NCBI GenBank assembly: GCA_038279365.1 | Contig: JAYODI010000017.1 | Span: 1-64,000, forward strand | DNA: 64,000 nucleotides | Direction: 5' to 3' | Source of the DNA: Candidatus Latescibacterota bacterium | GTDB lineage: Bacteria; Latescibacterota; UBA2968 | In this document: positions 20,972-32,938 of the stretch, piece after piece | How the letters are laid out: each line of letters starts with the position of its first letter | Position numbering within the stretch: the stretch's first letter is position 1 | Notes under the pieces: generated by a model | The model's input: the letters and a program-made list of their open reading frames with translations, nothing else | Databases searched by the model: none | Told to the model about the DNA's origin: nothing | Made by a program: the position numbers and the translations under genes

Positions 20972-22720
20972 TTGGAACGCGTCCCTCTTAGCCACTACGC
21001 CGCACTCTTATCACAATATCTTCGCCCTTACTGGAAACGCGTTATTGTACTTGGCGTTTTCATGTTCTCTGGCATTGGCCTCAATTTGCTCAACCCTCAA
21101 ATTGTTCGCTACTTTATCGACACCGCACAGGCCGACGGTGCCATCCGTGATCTCGTTTGGGCAGGCATTGCCTTTCTTGCCGTGGGCATTATTCGCCAAG
21201 GTGTGCAAATTGTCAGTTCCTACCTCGGCCAAGATGTGGGTTGGCGTGCCACCAACCAAATGCGCAACGATCTGGCCCACCATTGCCTCACCCTCGACAT
21301 GGGTTTTCACCATCAGCACACACCAGGTGAAATGATCGAACGCGTCGATGGTGATACCACAGCCCTCTCCAACTTCTTCTCCCAATTTGTCATCCAAGTT
21401 ATCGGCAGTGTGTTTTTTCTCCTTGGCGTACTCATTTTGGTCTACCGCGAAGACTGGCGCGTAGGCACCGCACTCACCATTTTTTCCGTTGTCGCCTTCT
21501 TCGTATTCAATCTTACACGCAATATAGCCGTGCCTATCTACACCGCCGAGCGCGAAAGTTATGCACGTCTCTACGGTTTTTTGGAAGAACGCTTGCTCGG
21601 CCTTGAAGACATTCGCACCAATGGCGCAGGCAATTATGCCATGAACCGTTTTTTCAATGTCAACAATGGCGTGTTTGCCCGCATCAAAAAATCGGAAGTC
21701 ATGAGCGAAATCTTACGCGCCATCACAGGTATTATGTTTGCACTCGGATATGCACTGGCAATGGGCATGGGCATTTGGATGTATCAAGAAGGTACTTTTA
21801 CCATTGGTGCTGTTTTTCTCGTTTTCAACTACACCTCAATGTTGCGCGAACCCCTTTTTCAAATCAGCCAACAAATCAACGAACTCCAACGTGCCACCGC
21901 TGGGCTCAAACGCATTGAAGAACTCCACCGCATTCAAACAGGCATTCAAGATGGCCACCAAAAATTGGTGGCCACACGCCCCTTAGGTGTCACCTTTGAC
22001 AACGTCACCTTTGCTTACAACCCCAATGAAAACGTACTCAAAAACGTTACGTTCACCCTCGAACCAGGTAAAACACTGGGCCTTTTGGGGCGCACAGGCA
22101 GTGGCAAAACCACCATCACCCGCTTGCTCTTTCGTTTCTACGACATTCAAAGTGGGCAAATTCGTTTGGGTGATCAGCCCATCCAAAACATCCACCTCGA
22201 TGACCTTCGCCAACACGTGGGCCTTGTGACCCAAGATGTGCAACTTTTTAATGCCTCTGTGCGAGACAATCTCACCCTTTTTAAACCCAGTGTTTCCGAT
22301 GACAAAATCATCACCATCTTAGAAGAACTTGGGTTAAGCACGTGGTATCACGCCTTGCCCAATGGCCTCGACACCGAGCTCAGCACCGGAGGCAGTGGTC
22401 TGTCTGCTGGTGAAGCCCAATTGCTCGCCTTTACCCGTGTCTTTCTCAAAGACCCAGGCCTTGTCATTCTCGATGAACCGTCTTCACGCCTCGATCCTGC
22501 CACAGAGCAAAACATCAACCGCGCCGTAGAACGCCTCTTACAAAATCGCACAGGCATCATCATTGCTCATCGCCTCGATACCGTACAGCGCGTTGACAAC
22601 ATTCTCATTCTTGACCACGGAAACATCCAAGAATTTGGCTCCCGTTCAGAACTTGTCTCAAACCCCCATTCGCAATTTTCACGCCTACTCAAAACAGGCT
22701 TAGAGGAACTCATCACATGA
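20972..22720 (+). CDS. ABC exporter, fused TMD-NBD, subunit 1; start uncertain
   Basis: Walker [25 protein letters not shown] before TTG 20972. Confidence 0.92.
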   Translation: MERVPLSHYAALLSQYLRPYWKRVIVLGVFMFSGIGLNLLNPQIVRYFIDTAQADGAIRDLVWAGIAFLAVGIIRQGVQIVSSYLGQDVGWRATNQMRNDLAHHCLTLDMGFHHQHTPGEMIERVDGDTTALSNFFSQFVIQVIGSVFFLLGVLILVYREDWRVGTALTIFSVVAFFVFNLTRNIAVPIYTAERESYARLYGFLEERLLGLEDIRTNGAGNYAMNRFFNVNNGVFARIKKSEVMSEILRAITGIMFALGYALAMGMGIWMYQEGTFTIGAVFLVFNYTSMLREPLFQISQQINELQRATAGLKRIEELHRIQTGIQDGHQKLVATRPLGVTFDNVTFAYNPNENVLKNVTFTLEPGKTLGLLGRTGSGKTTITRLLFRFYDIQSGQIRLGDQPIQNIHLDDLRQHVGLVTQDVQLFNASVRDNLTLFKPSVSDDKIITILEELGLSTWYHALPNGLDTELSTGGSGLSAGEAQLLAFTRVFLKDPGLVILDEPSSRLDPATEQNINRAVERLLQNRTGIIIAHRLDTVQRVDNILILDHGNIQEFGSRSELVSNPHSQFSRLLKTGLEELIT

Positions 22721-24474
22721 CCATGGGGCAAACCACATGGCGCCTCCTCAAGTATCGGCCTGGCCTCTTTTTGGCCACCATCTTTTTTCGGGGCATTGAT
22801 GACGTGGCGCCATTTTTGGCAGGCGTGATCATGAAAAATTTCTTCGATGCCCTTACTGGCCAAGCCGAAGCCGACTTTGGCGCGTGGACACTGGTGGCCC
22901 TTTTTGTGGCCGTAGAAGTGGGTGATCGCATCGCCCTCTTAGGTTCGGCATATGCTTGGCCACGCTGGTGGTATGCCGTAGAAACCCTTCTGCGCAGAAA
23001 CCTCATGACCGCCATTCTCGAAGTGCGCAATTTGGCGCACATTGCCAACGCTTCGGGCGAAGTCACCAACCGTTTTCGCGACGATGTGATGGGCATCATT
23101 CAATATCTTAACCGTTACATTCACATGTGGGGCAACCTCGTTTTTGCAGGGCTCGCCATCACCTACATGGCCAAAATTGATCCCTTTATCACGTTCATCA
23201 CCATCATCCCAGCCATTTGTGTGGTCATTATTGTTGACTTTGCCCGCAAATACATCCATAAATATCGCACCGCCCAACGCATTGCCACCGAGCGCTCCAC
23301 CAACTTTATCAACGAAATGTTTCAGTCTATTCTTGCCATCAAAGTGTCCAACACCGAAACCCACGTGACCGAGCATTTTCGCATCCTCAACGATGAGCGC
23401 CGCAAATCCACCCTCATTGACAACCTCTTTAATCAAATCTTAAGCTCCATCAACTTCAACCTCGGTCACATTGCCACAGGCGTGATCCTCATTCTTGTGG
23501 CACAAAAAATGAAATCGGGTTCATTCACCGTTGGCGACATGGCGCTTTTTACCACTTATGTCGGTCAAGTGGCACGCAGCGGTTCGCTCTTGGGCACCAT
23601 TCTCACCAACCACAAACGCGCCGAAGTCTCTTATTTTCGCATGGCCCATACCATAGACGACATTCCTCGCGAGCGCATTTCAGAACACAATCCCGTCTAT
23701 CTCAATCAAGAAGCCCCAGCTTTACATCTGCCTGCCCGAACCGAGAAAGACACGCTTAAAACACTCACCATTCGCAACCTTTCTCATACCTATGGCAAAA
23801 CCAACAACGGCATTCACAACATTGACCTCACAGTGCCAGCAGGGTCTTTTACCGTTATCACAGGACAAATTGGCTCGGGCAAAACCACCCTCATTCGCAC
23901 CCTCTTGGGTGTGCTGCCAAAATCAGAAGGCGATATTTTGTGGAATGGAGAATCTGTCACCGATCCCAAATCTTTCTTTGTGCCACCACGCTGTGCATAC
24001 ACCCCACAAATTCCACACCTATTTAGCGAAACCCTGCGCGACAACATTTTGCTTGGGCTTCCTGACGATCCCAAAACCATCGCACAAGCCATTCACAACG
24101 GCGTCATGGAAACCGATGTGCCCACCCTCGAAGATGGTCTCGACACCGTTGTAGGCCCACGAGGTGTCAAACTCTCTGGCGGGCAAATTCAACGCACAGC
24201 CGCCACACGCATGTTTATTCGCAACCCCGAGCTACTCGTTTTTGATGACCTTTCAAGCGCCCTCGACGTCGAAACCGAACGCATCTTATGGACACGCGTC
24301 TTTGAGCAAAAACAAGCCACCTGTCTTGTCGTGTCACACCGTCGCCCAGCGCTTCGCCGTGCCGATCAAATCATTGTTCTTAAAAACGGGCATATCGAAG
24401 CCGTGGGCACACTGGATGCACTCCTCGAATCGTGCGAAGAAATGCGCCAATTGTGGCAAGGAGAAGACACATGA
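22717..24474 (+). CDS. ABC exporter, fused TMD-NBD, subunit 2 (probable heterodimer partner)
   Basis: [27 protein letters not shown] overlap. Confidence 0.92.
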   Translation: MTMGQTTWRLLKYRPGLFLATIFFRGIDDVAPFLAGVIMKNFFDALTGQAEADFGAWTLVALFVAVEVGDRIALLGSAYAWPRWWYAVETLLRRNLMTAILEVRNLAHIANASGEVTNRFRDDVMGIIQYLNRYIHMWGNLVFAGLAITYMAKIDPFITFITIIPAICVVIIVDFARKYIHKYRTAQRIATERSTNFINEMFQSILAIKVSNTETHVTEHFRILNDERRKSTLIDNLFNQILSSINFNLGHIATGVILILVAQKMKSGSFTVGDMALFTTYVGQVARSGSLLGTILTNHKRAEVSYFRMAHTIDDIPRERISEHNPVYLNQEAPALHLPARTEKDTLKTLTIRNLSHTYGKTNNGIHNIDLTVPAGSFTVITGQIGSGKTTLIRTLLGVLPKSEGDILWNGESVTDPKSFFVPPRCAYTPQIPHLFSETLRDNILLGLPDDPKTIAQAIHNGVMETDVPTLEDGLDTVVGPRGVKLSGGQIQRTAATRMFIRNPELLVFDDLSSALDVETERILWTRVFEQKQATCLVVSHRRPALRRADQIIVLKNGHIEAVGTLDALLESCEEMRQLWQGEDT

Positions 24475-25523
24475 AAATTTCATTTCACGCCGGTGATCTC
24501 AGCGAACAACACTTGCGATATGCCAAACAACTCGGTGCCGATGGCCTCACCTGCACCGCCAGTGTGATTCCCAACTACGCCGAAAAACGCGTGGTCAACA
24601 TCGACGAACTCAACACGCTCCAAAAACACATCGCATCTTACGACCTCGAACTGCTCACGCTGCGCTTTCGCCCACAAGACACCTTTAATACCCTGTGTAA
24701 CCCAGCAGATCGAGATCGCGAAATAGACAACATCTGTACCACCATTCGCGCCGCAGGAAAAGTGGGCATTCCCTTTGTGTATTACAACCTCACCCCGTGG
24801 CGCAGCCTCAACACCTCGTGGTCCAGCATCCCGTCATTACCCGCACTTAAAAAAGGTGACCTCAGCCACGGCTCTGGCCCAGGGCGTTATCACCTCGCCT
24901 CAGGACGCGGTCAAGCCGACTTACTCACCCACACGTCTGCCCGCGCAATTGAAGACATGCAAAGCGTGCCCGATAAAGAAAATGCACCCTATGGTCACAT
25001 CAGTGCCGACGAACTTTGGGACCGCGTCCGTTACTTTTATGAGCGCGTCATTCCCACCGCCGAAGAAGCAGGCGTTAACGTAGGTGCACATCCCAACGAC
25101 CCACCCGAGCCCATTTATAGGGGCGTAGAACAAATTCATCACACCGTAGATGGGCTCCAAAAACTCGTCGATCTTGTTCCCAGCGAACGCAGTGGCCTCC
25201 TCCTCTGTATTGGCACCCTTCACGAAATGGGCGACAATACCATGAACGCCATTGAACATTTCCTACAGCAAAAGAAAATCTTCCAAGTCCACTTCCGCAA
25301 TCCCACAGGTACCGTTCCCGCAGGTTATTACCAAGAAGACTTTCTCGACCAAGGCGACCTCGACATGCACGATGTGATGCAACTGCTGTATAAATACAAC
25401 TATCAAGGCAACATCGACCCCGATCACGCTGTGGGCATTGCAGGTGACAATGATGGACGTATCGGCTTTGCGTGGGAACTCGGTTACATCAAAGCACTCA
25501 GAGATGTGGTGATGAAAGGGTAG
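24471..25523 (+). CDS. Mannonate dehydratase (UxuA)-like protein
   Basis: [36 protein letters not shown]; divergent, substrate uncertain. Confidence 0.8.
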   Translation: MKISFHAGDLSEQHLRYAKQLGADGLTCTASVIPNYAEKRVVNIDELNTLQKHIASYDLELLTLRFRPQDTFNTLCNPADRDREIDNICTTIRAAGKVGIPFVYYNLTPWRSLNTSWSSIPSLPALKKGDLSHGSGPGRYHLASGRGQADLLTHTSARAIEDMQSVPDKENAPYGHISADELWDRVRYFYERVIPTAEEAGVNVGAHPNDPPEPIYRGVEQIHHTVDGLQKLVDLVPSERSGLLLCIGTLHEMGDNTMNAIEHFLQQKKIFQVHFRNPTGTVPAGYYQEDFLDQGDLDMHDVMQLLYKYNYQGNIDPDHAVGIAGDNDGRIGFAWELGYIKALRDVVMKG

Positions 25524-25575
25524 AAGAATAGATTCCAGAATTTGATGAAACAATGTCCAAGATCTATTAAAACAT

Positions 25576-25669
25576 AAAATTACCCCTGCATTTATCATCA
25601 TGCAGGGGTAATTTTTATTATTCCCTATTTAATAAAAAAAGCCAACCAAAGATGGTTGGCTTTTTTATT
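25576..25669. terminator. Two adjacent terminator hairpins between convergent genes
   Basis: aaaattacccctgcat..atgcaggggtaatttt and aaaaaagccaacca..tggttggctttttt. Confidence 0.8.
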
Positions 25670-25670
25670 C

Positions 25671-26888
25671 TTAAAATGAAGAAGCAAGAAGCTTTTCATA
25701 AACACTAAAATGTTCACCTTCTCGTTCTTCAGGGTCAACGCGTTTTAACCAAAGCGCGCGGTTCTTTTTGCTCGGATTTATTTCATTCACAGGCCCTGCT
25801 TTTTCAGGATGAGGCCCATTCCAAATAACCTCACCATCTTGAAGAAAAATATAATTGCCTGCATATTTTTTTGTAAAATCGTTTTGATTGTCGCGATAAT
25901 ACAAAGCTTGTTCACAAGCTGTTTTTCGCAAAAGCGCAATGCCTTCTTCGCTGTTGAGTTCTTTCGAATTAAACTCAGCCAATGGGGCAACCAATCCACC
26001 CAAATCGTGATCAATCTCGTTCAAATCCACGGTGCCAAATCCGTGCTCAGCTGCCACAGCAATAGGGCTGCGATCCCGCCGATAAGGTGGATTAGGCCAA
26101 TCAAGTGCAGGATCCGTTCCCATCAGGTGCGTACCACACGCATCCGTAGCAACAATGTGATCACCAGCTATCAGCGCATCACAAATGCGCCCTTCGCCAC
26201 CCCACTCCATTTTCGACTGCCCCGTAAGCCCATCAATAATATTCAGACAAGGATTGGCAATTTGACCCAAATCGGGCAAAACGTAAGACAAGCGAATGGG
26301 GTGATGAAAATACGTGCGCACACGACCATGAGGCGGAATAGGCGGCAAACCAAACAGATTTTTAAGACACAGTGTAATCCCCATAAACGCGTGGCTCTTC
26401 ATCTTTGCCAACGATACAAACGCATCGGCTTCACCAAGCGCAGCCGAAAGCTGATATTCGGAAAACATAATGCCGCCGCCAGGCACTTTGTATTGTGTAA
26501 AAGGTGGGTCACCCGCTTCGACGTAGGGGATTTTGTATTCCTCAAAAATCGCCCGCATATTAAAATCAGCCCCAGGGCGTTCCCCCACTGGTGCGGTACT
26601 CGTATCCAACACAAAAATATGCGCCTGTGTGCGTTCTCTTAACAAACGCAACACGCCGTGCAACACATCTTCATCCACCAATTCCTGACGACGCCCCCCA
26701 ATGCGACGGATGTTATCCGTGCGCATTTGCATATTCACTTTAATGCCAATCTTCTTGGCTTTTTCGAGCTTATCCCAACTGCGCGTCAATGGTTCTGTCA
26801 CCGTTTTGAGCTTTTGATAAATCTCTTCACGCGAAGCCTTATGACTGCAATGTGTTGCACGAACTTTATATGCTTTTTCTGTAGCCAT
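25671..26888 (-). CDS. DUF362 domain protein with C-terminal extension
   Basis: IGIKVN, AKMKSHAFMGITLCLKNLFG, IIDGL, GDHIVATD; GAGG before ATG 26888. Confidence 0.82.
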   Translation of the reverse strand: MATEKAYKVRATHCSHKASREEIYQKLKTVTEPLTRSWDKLEKAKKIGIKVNMQMRTDNIRRIGGRRQELVDEDVLHGVLRLLRERTQAHIFVLDTSTAPVGERPGADFNMRAIFEEYKIPYVEAGDPPFTQYKVPGGGIMFSEYQLSAALGEADAFVSLAKMKSHAFMGITLCLKNLFGLPPIPPHGRVRTYFHHPIRLSYVLPDLGQIANPCLNIIDGLTGQSKMEWGGEGRICDALIAGDHIVATDACGTHLMGTDPALDWPNPPYRRDRSPIAVAAEHGFGTVDLNEIDHDLGGLVAPLAEFNSKELNSEEGIALLRKTACEQALYYRDNQNDFTKKYAGNYIFLQDGEVIWNGPHPEKAGPVNEINPSKKNRALWLKRVDPEEREGEHFSVYEKLLASSF

Positions 26889-27147
26889 TTGTTTTTCCTC
26901 AATAAAAGTGTGTGCACATAATTTACGATGAAGCACAGATGCTTCAAAGACAAAATATAGAAACACTCTTTAAGAAAAAAATAAAAAACACATTATGATA
27001 ACACCTGCACTTTTTCCCTGTGGGAAAATACCCAAAACAGGAACTAATAACTTCATATTTTTGTAAACGAATTTTTAAATTTTGTACTTTTCACGCTCCT
27101 TTTTAAACCCTATCATATACCCATTCACACAACCAAAGGAGCAACAA

Positions 27148-27906
27148 ATGAAAATTGATCTCACAGGAAAAGTCGCCCTCATTTCGGGTGCATCGCGCGG
27201 CATTGGCCGTGGCATTGCCATTGAAATGGGCAAAGCAGGTGCAAACGTCACCATCAACTGTCGCACCCACCCCGACGAAGCCGAAGAAGTCGCCGAAGAA
27301 ATTCGCAAAGCAGGTTCTCAAGCTCTCGTTTATCAGGCAGACGTTTCAGACCGCACGGCCGTTAACGCCATGGTTCAAGCCACCGTCGAAAAATTTGGCC
27401 ACCTCGACATTGCCGTCTCCAACGCCTACTACTCCAAACGCCAACCCTTTCTCGAACTTGAACTCGACGGTGCACACAGAACTCTCGACGTCACGTTTTG
27501 GGGTGCGTTTCACATTGCGCAAGCAGGTGCCCAACAAATGGCCAAACAAGGCAACGGGGGCGCCATTCTTTTTATCAGCTCTGTTCTCTCCAAAATACCC
27601 ATGAAAACATCACTCCCCTACAACGCCGCCAAAGCAGGCATCAATCAAATGTCGGCCACCATTGCCAACGAACTCACCGATCACCGCATCCGATCTAACG
27701 TGATCACGCCCGGTTACATCGACACACCCGGCGAACGCCAATTTGCCACCGATGAACAAATCAAAGAAGCCGCCAAAGACATACCGTGGAAACGCCTTGG
27801 CACCCCCGAAGACATCGCAAAGGCAGCCACATTCTTATGCTCCGATGCCGCCGATTACATTACGGGAACCATCCTAAACGTCGATGGTGGGTTTTGTTTG
27901 AAATAA
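27148..27906 (+). CDS. SDR-family NAD(P)-dependent oxidoreductase
   Basis: SGASRGIG, YNAAK, VDGG; AAGGAG RBS. Confidence 0.93.
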   Translation: MKIDLTGKVALISGASRGIGRGIAIEMGKAGANVTINCRTHPDEAEEVAEEIRKAGSQALVYQADVSDRTAVNAMVQATVEKFGHLDIAVSNAYYSKRQPFLELELDGAHRTLDVTFWGAFHIAQAGAQQMAKQGNGGAILFISSVLSKIPMKTSLPYNAAKAGINQMSATIANELTDHRIRSNVITPGYIDTPGERQFATDEQIKEAAKDIPWKRLGTPEDIAKAATFLCSDAADYITGTILNVDGGFCLK

Positions 27907-27947
27907 TCTTACCCTCAACCCAAAACATCATCAATCTACAAATAAAT

Positions 27948-27982
27948 AAGGGCGAAAGATCTAACCGATCTTTCGCCCTTTT
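27948..27982. terminator. Intrinsic terminator
   Basis: aagggcgaaagat..atctttcgccctttt. Confidence 0.75.
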
Positions 27983-28031
27983 GAAAAGCAAGGCTCTGAT
28001 TCCCGCTTCTCCCCCTAAGGTCTGTGTGTGA

Positions 28032-29156
28032 CTAATCGTCCCAAGACAACGCGCCCGCACTTTGATAATCGGTCACGCGTGTTTCAAAGAAATTCTTTTC
28101 TTTCACAATATCAATCGTCTCACCCATCCAAGGGAATGGATTTTTGGAACCGTAAACACCAGCCAAACCAATGCGCTCCAAACGACGATCTGCAATAAAC
28201 TGCACATATTCACGGAACATCTTCTCATTTAAACCCATCACACCTTCGGGCAAACAATCTCGTGCGTAGCGCACTTCATATTCCACAGCTTCATTGACCA
28301 TATCATAAACATCGCGTTGCAAATCGTGTGTCCAAACACCTGGGTTTTCAACTTTAATGGTATTGATCAAATCAATGCCAAAATTCAAGTGAATCGTCTC
28401 ATCACGCAAAATATATTGGAACTGTTCTCCGATGCCCGTCATCCGATTTTGGCGGTGGAAAGACAAAATCATCACAAACCCACTATAAAAGAAAATGCCT
28501 TCCATAATCACATAAAAACCAACCAAGTTTTTGATAAACTTTTGCATCCCCTCAATAGATTCAGTCGAAAAATTGGGATCCAATACATCAGCTGTCAATT
28601 TCATCACAAACTGGTCTTTGCCCTGAATAGACGACACTTCGTGATACATGTTAAACACTTCGCGACCATCCAACCCCAACGACTCCACAATGTAGTGAAA
28701 CGTGTGTGTATGAATGGCCTCTTCAAAAGCTTGGCGCAACAAATATTGGCGTGCTTCCGAATTGGTAATGTGCTTAAAAATTGCCAGCACAATATTGTTG
28801 CCTACCAAACTTTCACCTGTGCTAAAAAAGCCCAAATTGCGCAAAATCACTTGGCGTTCGGCATCGGTTAACGCATTGGTACGCCACAATTCAATGTCGC
28901 GCTGCATCGGTACTTCAGTTGGCATCCAATGGTTCGCACAACCATTCAAATAATGTTCCCAAGCCCAGTCATACTTTAAAGGCATCAGTTGATTGACATC
29001 CACTTGTTTGCAATTGAGCAAACGTTTGTCTTCGGCTTTAAATGGTTTTTTCAAATCATAGGCTTCGCCATTGTCCCCGCAGCATCCCGTGCTCGTATGC
29101 ACCTCTTCAGCGTCTGCCGTTTCTACCTCATCTTCAAATGTTAACGTATCGGCCAT
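28032..29156 (-). CDS. nrdB: Ribonucleotide reductase beta subunit, class Ic (R2c)-type
   Basis: [54 protein letters not shown]. Confidence 0.95.
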   Translation of the reverse strand: MADTLTFEDEVETADAEEVHTSTGCCGDNGEAYDLKKPFKAEDKRLLNCKQVDVNQLMPLKYDWAWEHYLNGCANHWMPTEVPMQRDIELWRTNALTDAERQVILRNLGFFSTGESLVGNNIVLAIFKHITNSEARQYLLRQAFEEAIHTHTFHYIVESLGLDGREVFNMYHEVSSIQGKDQFVMKLTADVLDPNFSTESIEGMQKFIKNLVGFYVIMEGIFFYSGFVMILSFHRQNRMTGIGEQFQYILRDETIHLNFGIDLINTIKVENPGVWTHDLQRDVYDMVNEAVEYEVRYARDCLPEGVMGLNEKMFREYVQFIADRRLERIGLAGVYGSKNPFPWMGETIDIVKEKNFFETRVTDYQSAGALSWDD

Positions 29157-29207
29157 ATTCAATCACTCCTCAGGTTCAATCAACAAAAAATAAGTGTCTC
29201 GACATAT

Positions 29208-29297
29208 CAGGCAAACGGCAAATGTGAAACGGCAAAAACATCAAACCAACACCTAAACACAATAACAGCTACACGTTTGCCATTTGCCGTTTGCCGT
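29208..29297. repeat. Heptamer (GGCAAAY) palindromic repeat, family B, between nrdA and nrdB
   Basis: caggcaaacggcaaatgtgaaacggcaaaa ... cacgtttgccatttgccgtttgccg; inverted copy at 37288..37382. Confidence 0.8.
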
Positions 29298-29304
29298 CTC
29301 AACC

Positions 29305-32178
29305 TTATTGACACGCTTCACAAGATCCATCGGTAATATCACAAGCCACAGGCGTGGGTTGTTTGGGTAAGCGCTCAGATGCAGGGGGTGTTGCCACCTC
29401 GTCACGATTCACCTGCACATCACCCGAAGCAGACTTTGAACGCATCCAACGCGGTTGCACACCACGCCGGTTAATATCCATCGTAGACTTTTCAACTTGT
29501 GTGGCCGCAATTGAGCGCAAATAATACGTCGTTTTTAAACCGCGCACCCAAGCCAGTTTGTACATATCATCCAACGCCTTGCCACTGGGGGCGGCAATAT
29601 ACAAGTTGAGCGACTGGCCCATATCAATCCACTTTTGACGGCGGCTGCCACAATCAATCACCCACTGAGGGGCCACTTCAAATGCCGTGCGATACAAAGC
29701 CTTCAAGTCATCAGGCACCCGATCAATTTCGGCCAAAGAACCATCAAAATACTTCAAATCATCCACCATCTGATCGTCCCAAATACCGTGGGCTTTTAAG
29801 TCTTCAACCATATAGGTGTTCAATACCGTAAAGTCACCCGACAAATTGGCCTTCACAAACAAATTGCGATACGTGGGTTCAATCGATTGCGTCACACCCG
29901 AAATGTTTGAAATCGTTGCCGTAGGTGCAATGGCCATCACGTTGCTGTTTCGCATGCCGTGTTTGGCCAACGATTTGCGCACCACATTCCAATCCAAGCG
30001 CACCGACATATCCACTTCAAAATGTGAACCACGTTCTTCGGCCAACAATTTCAAAGTATCAATGGGCAACATGCCACGGTCCCACTTAGAGCCTTTATAC
30101 GACTCGTAGGTGCCACGCTCTTCGGCCAATTTGGTGGATGCCAAAATTGCATAATATGAGATCAATTCCATGCTCTCATCGGCAAATTCAACCGCACCAT
30201 TCGAATCATAAGGCAAACGCAACTTGTAAAGCGCGTCTTGAAAGCCCATCAACCCCAAACCAACTGGGCGATGGCGTTTGTTTGAGTTGGCCGCTTCTTC
30301 TGTTGGATAGAAATTGATATCAATAACATTGTCCAACATACGCAACGCCGTAAAAATCGTGTCTTCCAACAGCTCGCGATCCAAACCACCATCTTTTAAA
30401 TGTGCCACCAAGTTCACCGACCCCAAGTTGCACACTGCCGTTTCGTCACGGCTGGTATTGAGCAAAATTTCCGTGCACAAATTGGAGCTGTGAACCACAC
30501 CTTTGTGATCTTGGGGCGAACGAATGTTAGATGGATCTTTAAAAGTGATCCACGGGTGACCCGTTTCAAAAAGCATCGACAACATTTTGCGCCACAATTG
30601 TACGGCATCAATCTGGCGGTATTGGCGCAGTTCACCTGCTTCGGCCTTTTTTTCATATTCCACATATTTCGCTTCAAATGCTTTGCCATATAAATCGTGT
30701 AATTCAGGTACTTCATCGGGGCTAAACAACGTCCAAGTAGACTTTTCCATCACGCGCTTCATAAACAAGTCAGGAATCCAGTTGGCCGTGTTCATGTCGT
30801 GTGTTCGACGGCGGTCATCCCCCGTATTTTTGCGCAATTCCAAAAAGTCTTCCACATCCAAATGCCATGTTTCCAAATAAGAACACACCGCACCCTTGCG
30901 TTTGCCACCTTGGTTGACTGCCACAGCCGTGTCATTCACCACTTTCAAAAAGGGAATCACACCTTGGCTTTTGCCATTGGTGCCCGCAATATAAGAATTC
31001 GTTGCCCGCACATTGGTCCAGTCATTGCCCAAACCACCAGCCCACTTTGACAACTTGGCATTGTCAGACACCATTTTGAAAATGTGTTCCAAATCGTCTT
31101 GCGCCGTAGACAAATAACAAGACGACAGTTGTGGGTGGAGCGTGCCCGAGTTAAACAAGGTGGGCGTGGCCGATACAAAACGGAAACTCGACAACACTTC
31201 GTAAAATTGAATGGCGCGATCTTCTTTATTTTCTTCATCTACAGACAAACCCATCGCCACGCGCATCCAGAAAAATTGAGGCGTTTCAATGCGGCGGTCA
31301 TTCACGTGCAACAAATACCGGTCATAAATCGTTTGCATGCCCAAATATTCAAAATCTTGATCCCGCTCAGGTTTTAAAGCCGCGGCCAATTTGCCCAAAT
31401 CGAAATCGCGCAACACCGGGTCGAGGCGATCATTTTCAATGCCCGTTTCGATAAATTTGGCAAAACCTTCACGACAAGCTTTATCCACATCTTCAACAAT
31501 GGGTTTCATACCCAACGCGTGGCGATAAATCACGTTCAACAAAATGCGCATAGACACTTTGCCATAAGCAGGTTCTTTTTCCACACGGCTGCGCGCAGCC
31601 AAAATCATCGCCCGTTCAATATCTGAGGGTTGAATATCATCATATAAAGAACGATAGATTTCTTCCAACAAATCTTCGGCATCTACACCTTCAAAACCAT
31701 CACAAACCGTAAAAATTTCAGCCCGAATACGATTGGCATCTAAAGGTTCACGCTTGCCGTCAGCCGTTTTGACACGCAACTTAGGCGCATTGGGATCAGC
31801 AGGTGTTTCTTCACCGCTCAACACACGCGCTTTTTTGTGATCTTCACGATAAACAATGTAACGACGGGCAACCGTAAAGTGACCTGCACGCATCATCTGA
31901 ATTTCAACTTTGTCCTGAATGCGCTCCACATCCACCGCATTTTCAGGGTCACGCAAGTTACTCGACACATCTGCAATCACAGTATCTGTAATATCTGAAA
32001 TATCGCCTGCAATCTTAGGTGGCAAAGCTTGCCCTTCGGGAAGCCCTAATTCTGCTCTAAAAGCAGCAGAAATTGCGCGCTCAATAAGAGAACGATCAAA
32101 TGCCACAATGCGACCATCACGTTTGCGCACCATAAAATCAACTGATGCTTGTACGGCTTCTTCTACTGCCTCGACCAT
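29305..32178 (-). CDS. nrdA: Ribonucleotide reductase alpha subunit with two N-terminal ATP cones
   Basis: VRKRDG, SSCY, SNLCTE, VCNLGS, TTYYLRS, C-terminal CEAC; AGGAGG before ATG 32178. Confidence 0.96.
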   Translation of the reverse strand: MVEAVEEAVQASVDFMVRKRDGRIVAFDRSLIERAISAAFRAELGLPEGQALPPKIAGDISDITDTVIADVSSNLRDPENAVDVERIQDKVEIQMMRAGHFTVARRYIVYREDHKKARVLSGEETPADPNAPKLRVKTADGKREPLDANRIRAEIFTVCDGFEGVDAEDLLEEIYRSLYDDIQPSDIERAMILAARSRVEKEPAYGKVSMRILLNVIYRHALGMKPIVEDVDKACREGFAKFIETGIENDRLDPVLRDFDLGKLAAALKPERDQDFEYLGMQTIYDRYLLHVNDRRIETPQFFWMRVAMGLSVDEENKEDRAIQFYEVLSSFRFVSATPTLFNSGTLHPQLSSCYLSTAQDDLEHIFKMVSDNAKLSKWAGGLGNDWTNVRATNSYIAGTNGKSQGVIPFLKVVNDTAVAVNQGGKRKGAVCSYLETWHLDVEDFLELRKNTGDDRRRTHDMNTANWIPDLFMKRVMEKSTWTLFSPDEVPELHDLYGKAFEAKYVEYEKKAEAGELRQYRQIDAVQLWRKMLSMLFETGHPWITFKDPSNIRSPQDHKGVVHSSNLCTEILLNTSRDETAVCNLGSVNLVAHLKDGGLDRELLEDTIFTALRMLDNVIDINFYPTEEAANSNKRHRPVGLGLMGFQDALYKLRLPYDSNGAVEFADESMELISYYAILASTKLAEERGTYESYKGSKWDRGMLPIDTLKLLAEERGSHFEVDMSVRLDWNVVRKSLAKHGMRNSNVMAIAPTATISNISGVTQSIEPTYRNLFVKANLSGDFTVLNTYMVEDLKAHGIWDDQMVDDLKYFDGSLAEIDRVPDDLKALYRTAFEVAPQWVIDCGSRRQKWIDMGQSLNLYIAAPSGKALDDMYKLAWVRGLKTTYYLRSIAATQVEKSTMDINRRGVQPRWMRSKSASGDVQVNRDEVATPPASERLPKQPTPVACDITDGSCEACQ

Positions 32179-32534
32179 GCGTGCCTCCTGAGTGCAACGG
32201 GTGGAATAAGAAAACGTCTGGGCGCACGAATCCATATTCCAAAAAATGAATAAGAGACCATCTCCCACAGACGCCACACTGTGGGAAATCTCAAAACTTG
32301 AATATTCGTAGGGAAAGGGAGAAACGGGGGAACAAACGCAGGTAAAACTCGCGGTCAAAAGACCCTATGCGCAGAATTGGGGAAAAACCACATAAAGATC
32401 TTTTTAACCGGCGACAAAACGAGCTTTGAAAGGGGGCTCTCAAAGCTCAAATCATTGTTTTATCAACGGCTTCCAAAAATCAGCCTACGTATCGCTCGAA
32501 TGGTGTGCGAGACACACCACGTTTCACAAGGTGA

Positions 32535-32582
32535 ACACAATATATGGTGGTTTTCGTTAAAAGTCAACACAAAATGTATGCA
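32535..32582. promoter_or_regulatory. Tandem NrdR boxes
   Basis: ACACAATATATGGTGG (32535..32550) close to consensus acaCwAtATaTwGtgt; weaker ACACAAAATGTATGCA starts 32 bp later. Confidence 0.75.
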
Positions 32583-32938
32583 ACCACTCACATTACACAA
32601 TTGCTTGTATCTGCGGAATTTAGGTCTAAAAGTGTCCGATTTTGGGACACTTTTAGATCATGTAAATGATCCTCAGACCCAAACCCAAAAAAAAATTTAC
32701 AATTCGACACCCATCATTTTGGATCTGAAAAACAATCCTCCAACAAATCAAATTAACATCAAAAACAAGACTTATATATATGGTGTATTTACTATAAGAA
32801 TTTTTACACAATATTGCGCCATCTGACACTCAAAACCCATTGACGCACGTCAAAACCGTTTGTAGTTTGCATCTTTTCTACCCCAAAAACACCTGCCCCA
32901 ACGCACTTATCCCTAAAAATCCAAATCAGCGAGTCGCC

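Noticed and set aside
29305-32178. Intein or intron in nrdA
   Set aside because: Extra length is explained by two ATP cones; catalytic motifs are contiguous, with no splice-junction or endonuclease motifs.
32179-32530. Cobalamin riboswitch before nrdA
   Set aside because: No AGGGAA/GCCACUG B12-box arrangement on the sense strand.
32377-32826. 149-aa ORF in the nrdA upstream region
   Set aside because: No RBS or motifs; overlaps NrdR boxes and AT-rich promoter DNA.
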